Shown: piece by piece, positions 59,330 to 64,000 of the stretch | Layout: the number at the start of each line of letters is the position of its first letter | Numbering within the stretch: the first letter of the stretch is position 1 | NCBI GenBank assembly: GCA_021773815.1 | Contig: JAJFJS010000026.1 | Coordinates: forward strand, 4,693-68,692 | DNA from: Gammaproteobacteria bacterium | Lineage (GTDB): Bacteria; Pseudomonadota; Gammaproteobacteria; Steroidobacterales; GCA-2729495 | Reading direction: 5' to 3' | DNA length: 64,000 nucleotides | Made by a program: the position numbers and the translations under genes | Notes under the pieces: model-generated | Told to the model about the DNA's origin: nothing | Seen by the model: the letters and a program-made list of their open reading frames with translations, nothing else | Database searches by the model: none

Positions 59330-60469
59330 ATGCACGTCGAATTCATCGACGCTATCGACACCATCGAACCGGCAGCATGGAATGCGCTGTCGGGCGCGCA
59401 GCACCCGTTCCTGCGCCACGAGTTCCTCGAGGCCATCGAGACCGCCGCCTGCGTCGGGCCGGGCACCGGCTGGAAGCCGAGCCATGTCGTGATTCGTGAC
59501 GACGGGGCCGTCGTCGCGGCGCTGCCGCTGTACGAGAAAACCGATTCCTGGGGCGAATTCGTGTTCGATTTCGCCTGGGCAAATGCCTACGCGCAGGCGG
59601 GTCTTTCCTACTACCCCAAGCTCGTATCGGCGATCCCGTTCACGCCGGCCGCGGGTCCGCGCTTTCTGACGTCGGCCGACGACGACTTCGCAACGCTGGC
59701 CGGGGCGCTGGCCGATGCCGTTCAGCGCCGCGCGACAGAGCGCGGCTGGTCATCGTGGCATACACTGTTTCCGGACGACCGCGACGCCGGCTTCCTGGCC
59801 GACCGTGGCCTGCTGTTGCGCAAGGACTGCCAGTTTCACTGGCAGAACCGCGGCTATGCCACCTTCGACGATTTTCTCGGCCGACTGCGCGCCGCCAAGC
59901 GCAAGAAGGTGCGCCGGGAACGCCGCCGGATCCGCGAATCGGGGGTGACGTTCCGCTGGCTCGGCGGCGCGGAGATGACGCCCGACGTCTGGCGCGAGAT
60001 CATGCCGCTGTATGCGAGCACATTCCTGTACCGCGGGCGTGCACCCTATCTGAACCAGGCATTTTTCGAACGGGTTGCCGCGAGCCTGCCCGAACACTTG
60101 CTGGTCATCGTCGCCAGTCACAACGACGAAGCCATCGCCAGCGCCATCTGTTTTCGCAGCACCGACACACTGTACGGCCGGTACTGGGGCAGCGCCGGCC
60201 AGTACCACAGCCTGCATTTTGAGACCTGCTACTACCAGGGTATCGATTACTGCATCGCGAACGGCATTGCGCGCTTCGAACCCGGCACGCAGGGCGAGCA
60301 CAAGATCAGCCGCGGTTTCGAGCCGACCGAGACCTGGTCCGCACACTGGCTGTCCCACCCGCGGTTTGCCGAGGCAATCGACGCCTACCTCGACCGTGAA
60401 CGCGCCTATACAGACAGCTATATCGACGCGGTCCGCGATCATGTCCCGTTCCGGCGCGACAGCCAATGA
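59330..60469 (+). CDS. DUF482 / FemAB-like GNAT-fold protein
   Basis: MHVEFIDAIDTIEPAAWNALSGAQHPFLRHEFLEA... and the ~380-aa length fit DUF482 (BioF2-like/FemAB-like). The RBS is AAGGAAG. The stop overlaps the aat start (ATGA). Confidence 0.7.
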   Translation: MHVEFIDAIDTIEPAAWNALSGAQHPFLRHEFLEAIETAACVGPGTGWKPSHVVIRDDGAVVAALPLYEKTDSWGEFVFDFAWANAYAQAGLSYYPKLVSAIPFTPAAGPRFLTSADDDFATLAGALADAVQRRATERGWSSWHTLFPDDRDAGFLADRGLLLRKDCQFHWQNRGYATFDDFLGRLRAAKRKKVRRERRRIRESGVTFRWLGGAEMTPDVWREIMPLYASTFLYRGRAPYLNQAFFERVAASLPEHLLVIVASHNDEAIASAICFRSTDTLYGRYWGSAGQYHSLHFETCYYQGIDYCIANGIARFEPGTQGEHKISRGFEPTETWSAHWLSHPRFAEAIDAYLDRERAYTDSYIDAVRDHVPFRRDSQ

Positions 60470-61197
60470 CCCGACCCGGACCGAATATTCACTGGATCGA
60501 CCCGTCCGCGCCGGTCGCGGACTTTCCCGATCCGCAGCAGGCACTGACCGAGCCAAACGGCCTGCTGGCGATCGGCGGTGATCTGTCACCGGACCGCCTG
60601 CTTGCCGCCTACCGGCGCGGGATCTTCCCGTGGTTCAGTGACGGGCAGCCGATCCTGTGGTGGACGCCCGATCCGCGCGCCGTGCTGTTTCCCGATGAGT
60701 TCCACATGTCGCGCAGCCTGCGCCGAACGCTGCGAAAAAACCGGTTCACGATATCGGTCGATCAGGCGTTTGACGCGGTCATCACCGCCTGCGCAGATCG
60801 CGGCGATGCAACCGGCACCTGGATTACCGCGGATATGATCGCCGCCTATCAGCGTCTGCATGCCGCCGGGCACGCGCATTCGATCGAGACCTGGCGCGAC
60901 GGGCAACTGGTCGGCGGCCTCTATGGCATCGGCATCGGCCGGGTCTTTTTCGGCGAATCGATGTTCGCGCACGATACGGATGCTTCCAAGGCGGCACTGG
61001 CCGCGCTGGCGAGCTGGTGCCGGGAATCGGCCATCGAATTGATCGATTGCCAGGTCGCGTCCGAGCACCTGGCGCGCCTCGGCAGCCGCGAGATCCCGCG
61101 GTCCGAATTCAATCAGTATCTCGCGCGCTGGACCGGACCACCAAACCCGATGCGCTGGCAACGTGATCCGGTTGCCACCGACCGGTTACTCGATTGA
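60466..61197 (+). CDS. aat: leucyl/phenylalanyl-tRNA--protein transferase
   Basis: GLLAIGGDLSPDRLLAAYRRGIFPWF...ILWWTPDPR. Confidence 0.9.
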   Translation: MTRPGPNIHWIDPSAPVADFPDPQQALTEPNGLLAIGGDLSPDRLLAAYRRGIFPWFSDGQPILWWTPDPRAVLFPDEFHMSRSLRRTLRKNRFTISVDQAFDAVITACADRGDATGTWITADMIAAYQRLHAAGHAHSIETWRDGQLVGGLYGIGIGRVFFGESMFAHDTDASKAALAALASWCRESAIELIDCQVASEHLARLGSREIPRSEFNQYLARWTGPPNPMRWQRDPVATDRLLD

Positions 61198-61278
61198 CCG
61201 GCGGCTGCACCCGGCGGCTTGCTTGCAGACACCCGGAAAGTCTTGCACAATGCGCCCCGCTCTGAGCTGAGGTGCCGA

Positions 61279-61497
61279 ATGGCAAAAGAAGAAGCAATTC
61301 AAATGGATGGCGTGGTTACCGAAACCCTGCCGAACACGACGTTTCGTGTCGAGCTGGAAAACGGTCACGTGGTCACTGCGCATATCTCCGGAAAAATGCG
61401 CAAGCACTACATCCGCATCCTGACCGGCGACAAGGTCACGGTCGAACTGACGCCCTACGATCTGAACAAGGGCCGCATCGTCTACCGCGAACGTTAA
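61279..61497 (+). CDS. infA: translation initiation factor IF-1
   Basis: [72 protein letters not shown]. Confidence 0.97.
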   Translation: MAKEEAIQMDGVVTETLPNTTFRVELENGHVVTAHISGKMRKHYIRILTGDKVTVELTPYDLNKGRIVYRER

Positions 61498-61515
61498 TCG
61501 TCGCGGCCGACGCGG

Positions 61516-63816
61516 CTATTCCGACTCGGGCGCGGACTCCGATTCCGAAAGATGTTCGAGCTTGCGCGTATTCGGCGTCAACACGAAGCCGAGCGTATCG
61601 TCGTCCTGCAGCACGATACGCACATCACCGCCCTCGGTCAGCTCACCAAATAACAGGACTTCAGCGAGCGGTCGCTTGATGTTTTCCTGGATCACACGAG
61701 CCATCGGTCGCGCACCCATCTTCGGGTCATAACCGCGTTCGGCAATCCATTTCCGGGCCTTGGGCTCGAGTTCCAGCGTGACATCGTGGTCGACGAGCTG
61801 CGTCTCGAGCTCAAGCACGAGCTTGTCGACGACACGCAGTATCGAATCACGGTCCAGCGGATCAAACTGGATCACCGCGTCGAGGCGATTGCGAAACTCC
61901 GGCGTGAACATCTTGCGGATCGCTTCCATGCCGTCCGTCGCATGATCCTGCTGCATGAAACCCATCGACGAGCGGCTCATTTCGGAGGCGCCCGCGTTGG
62001 TCGTCATGATCAGGATCACATTGCGGAAATCGGCCTGGCGCCCGTTGTTGTCCGTCAGGGTGCCGTGGTCCATGACCTGCAGCAGCAGGTTGAACACCTC
62101 CGGATGCGCCTTCTCGATCTCGTCGAGCAGCAACACCGCATGCGGGTTGCGGCTGACGGCTTCGGTCAGCAGCCCACCCTGATCGAACCCGACATAGCCG
62201 GGCGGCGCACCGATCAGGCGCGACACCGTGTGCCGTTCCATGTACTCGGACATGTCGAAACGTATCAGTTCGATGCCGAGTGCGTGTGCGAGCTGGCGCG
62301 TCACTTCGGTCTTGCCGACGCCCGTCGGCCCGGCGAACAGGTAGGCGCCGACCGGCTTTTCAGGCTCACGCAGCCCCGATCGCGCCATCTTGATCGCCGA
62401 GGCCAGCACGCCGATGGCCGGGTCCTGGCCGAAGATCACGAGTTTCAGGTCGCGCTCCAGGTAGCGCAGCAGGTCGCGGTCCGAGGCCGAAACGCTCTTG
62501 GGCGGGATACGCGCCATCTTGGCAATGACGGTCTCGATCTCGCCGACGTCGATGATCTGCGGCCGGTCGCTGACCACATCGCTGAGCCGCACGCGCGCAC
62601 CGGCCTCGTCGATAACGTCGATTGCCTTGTCGGGCAGGTGGCGTTCGGGCAGGTGGCGTGCCGCGAGTTCCGCGGCTGCCTGCACCGCCTCCGGCGTATA
62701 GCGCACGCCATGATGATCCTCGAAACGCGACTGCAGGCCCTTGAGAATCTCGATGGTCTCGGGAACGCTGGGCTCGACGACATCGATCTTCTGGAAACGC
62801 CGCGCCAGCGCATGGTCCTTCTCGAAGATGCCGCGGAATTCACGATAGGTCGTCGAACCGATGCAGCGCAATTCGCCGTTGCCGAGCACCGGCTTGATCA
62901 GGTTCGATGCATCGAGAACGCCGCCGGAAGCGGCGCCGGCACCGATCACCGTGTGTATCTCATCGATGAACAGGATTGCCTGCGGATCTTTCTGCAGTTC
63001 GGCAATGATGCTCTTGAAGCGCTTTTCGAAGTCGCCCCGGTACTTCGTACCGGCCAGCAGCGCGCCCATATCCAGGGCATAAATCGTGCAATCCTTCAAA
63101 ACGCGCGGCACTTCGCCATCGACGATCAGCTTGGCAAGTCCTTCGGCCAATGCCGTCTTGCCGACACCGGCCTCGCCGACATACAGCGGGTTGTTTTTCC
63201 GGCGACGACACAGAATCTGTATGGTTCGCTCGACCTCGGCGGCCCGCCCGATCAGCGGATCCGTCCGACCTTCGATGGCACGCTGATTCAGGTTGTGCGC
63301 ATACGTTTCCAGCGAACTCTTACTCGCCTCTTCTTCGGCCTCGTCGCCCGGGGCGCGACTACCGGTTTTTTCGGCGCCGTCACCGGCCTTGCTCAGTCCA
63401 TGGGATACGTAATTCACGACATCCAGGCGTGACACATCGTGCAGGCCAAGCAGATAGACGGCATGCGACTGCTTCTCACCGAAAATCGCGACGAGGACGT
63501 TCTCGCCCCCGACTTCTTTCTTGCCGCTCGACTGCACATGGAAGACGGCCCGCTGGAGCACGCGCTGGAACCCGAGCGTCGGCTGCACCTCCTGCTCATC
63601 GTCAGCCGCCAGCAGGGGCGTCGACTCGCTGATGAAGTCGGACAGATCCTTGCCGAGCCGACCGAGGTCGACGCCGGTGGCCTGCAGGATTTCCGCGACC
63701 TTCGGAATTTCGAGCAACGCCAGCAGCAGGTGCTCGACCGTCATGTATTCGTGCCGCTCGGAACGGGCCTTCTGAAAGGCCTCGTTCAAACAAAATTCCA
63801 GTTCACTGCTCAGCAT
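61516..63816 (-). CDS. clpA: ATP-dependent Clp protease ATP-binding subunit ClpA
   Basis: Two AAA+ modules (GEAGVGKTA and GPTGVGKTE) and an N-terminal Clp repeat domain. Confidence 0.95.
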   Translation of the reverse strand: MLSSELEFCLNEAFQKARSERHEYMTVEHLLLALLEIPKVAEILQATGVDLGRLGKDLSDFISESTPLLAADDEQEVQPTLGFQRVLQRAVFHVQSSGKKEVGGENVLVAIFGEKQSHAVYLLGLHDVSRLDVVNYVSHGLSKAGDGAEKTGSRAPGDEAEEEASKSSLETYAHNLNQRAIEGRTDPLIGRAAEVERTIQILCRRRKNNPLYVGEAGVGKTALAEGLAKLIVDGEVPRVLKDCTIYALDMGALLAGTKYRGDFEKRFKSIIAELQKDPQAILFIDEIHTVIGAGAASGGVLDASNLIKPVLGNGELRCIGSTTYREFRGIFEKDHALARRFQKIDVVEPSVPETIEILKGLQSRFEDHHGVRYTPEAVQAAAELAARHLPERHLPDKAIDVIDEAGARVRLSDVVSDRPQIIDVGEIETVIAKMARIPPKSVSASDRDLLRYLERDLKLVIFGQDPAIGVLASAIKMARSGLREPEKPVGAYLFAGPTGVGKTEVTRQLAHALGIELIRFDMSEYMERHTVSRLIGAPPGYVGFDQGGLLTEAVSRNPHAVLLLDEIEKAHPEVFNLLLQVMDHGTLTDNNGRQADFRNVILIMTTNAGASEMSRSSMGFMQQDHATDGMEAIRKMFTPEFRNRLDAVIQFDPLDRDSILRVVDKLVLELETQLVDHDVTLELEPKARKWIAERGYDPKMGARPMARVIQENIKRPLAEVLLFGELTEGGDVRIVLQDDDTLGFVLTPNTRKLEHLSESESAPESE

Positions 63817-63834
63817 ACTCGTTTCGATCCCGCC

Positions 63835-64000
63835 TTAAATTTCTTCCATGGTGCACAGCAAAGGGTGCTGATGCTGTTCGGCAAATGCACAGACCTGCGC
63901 CACCTTGGTCTCCGCAATCTCGAAAGTAAATACGCCGCAGACGCCCTTCCCCTGAGTGTGCACTTCGAGCATGATGCGGGTCGCCTTCTGGCGATCCATC
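63835..64000 (-). CDS. clpS: ClpS adaptor, C-terminal part (5' end outside the window)
   Basis: Hand translation gives ...[54 protein letters not shown]. Confidence 0.85.
   Translation of the reverse strand, partial: MDRQKATRIMLEVHTQGKGVCGVFTFEIAETKVAQVCAFAEQHQHPLLCTMEEI

Overview
This is a 64-kb chromosomal window from a high-GC (by eye above 60%) Gram-negative bacterium, most likely a gammaproteobacterium. Two conserved gene orders match what I remember from Pseudomonas and E. coli: ruvCAB-ybgC-tolQRAB-pal-cpoB-queE-queC-tRNA-Lys, and serS-rarA-lolA-ftsK / trxB-aat-infA / clpA-clpS. Other core content: yebC, lpdA-sucB-sucA, an MFP+RND efflux pair, prolyl oligopeptidase, a BI-1 family protein and an SDR/DUF1838/O-methyltransferase operon. 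There are four accessory regions. (1) The integrase-proximal ~4.9 kb of a phage-like element sits at tRNA-Lys(UUU); it has a CI/Cro/CII-like switch and a low-GC stand-alone PD-(D/E)xK (HsdR-N-like) nuclease gene immediately downstream of the repressor. (2) A cell-surface region at 26.5-35.2 kb holds a 12-Cys GDCCVxC protein leading the RND operon, three proteins with a VPxPA...WL...RRK (PEP-CTERM/VPLPA-CTERM-like) C-terminal sorting signal, an exported protein made of 11-residue KGDR repeats, a secreted SNase-like nuclease and a beta-helix lipoprotein. (3) A tRNA-Arg(CCU) locus has the intact tRNA flanked by a duplicated 3' half (plus ~220 bp of flank) on one side and a duplicated 5' half on the other, with both junctions in the anticodon loop. 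These repeats delimit a 1.25-kb single-cargo islet and a 3.9-kb low-GC islet of His-rich exported proteins, a HupE/UreJ fusion and a truncated czcC-like gene; neither islet has an integrase. (4) A TPP-riboswitch-controlled operon encodes a TonB receptor, a YkoF-like protein, a PnuC-type transporter and a kinase, next to yjbQ. I saw no rRNA, CRISPR array or transposase. All family assignments come from motif recognition by eye; no searches or computations were run, and start codons are often uncertain because the ORF track also uses GTG/TTG starts.
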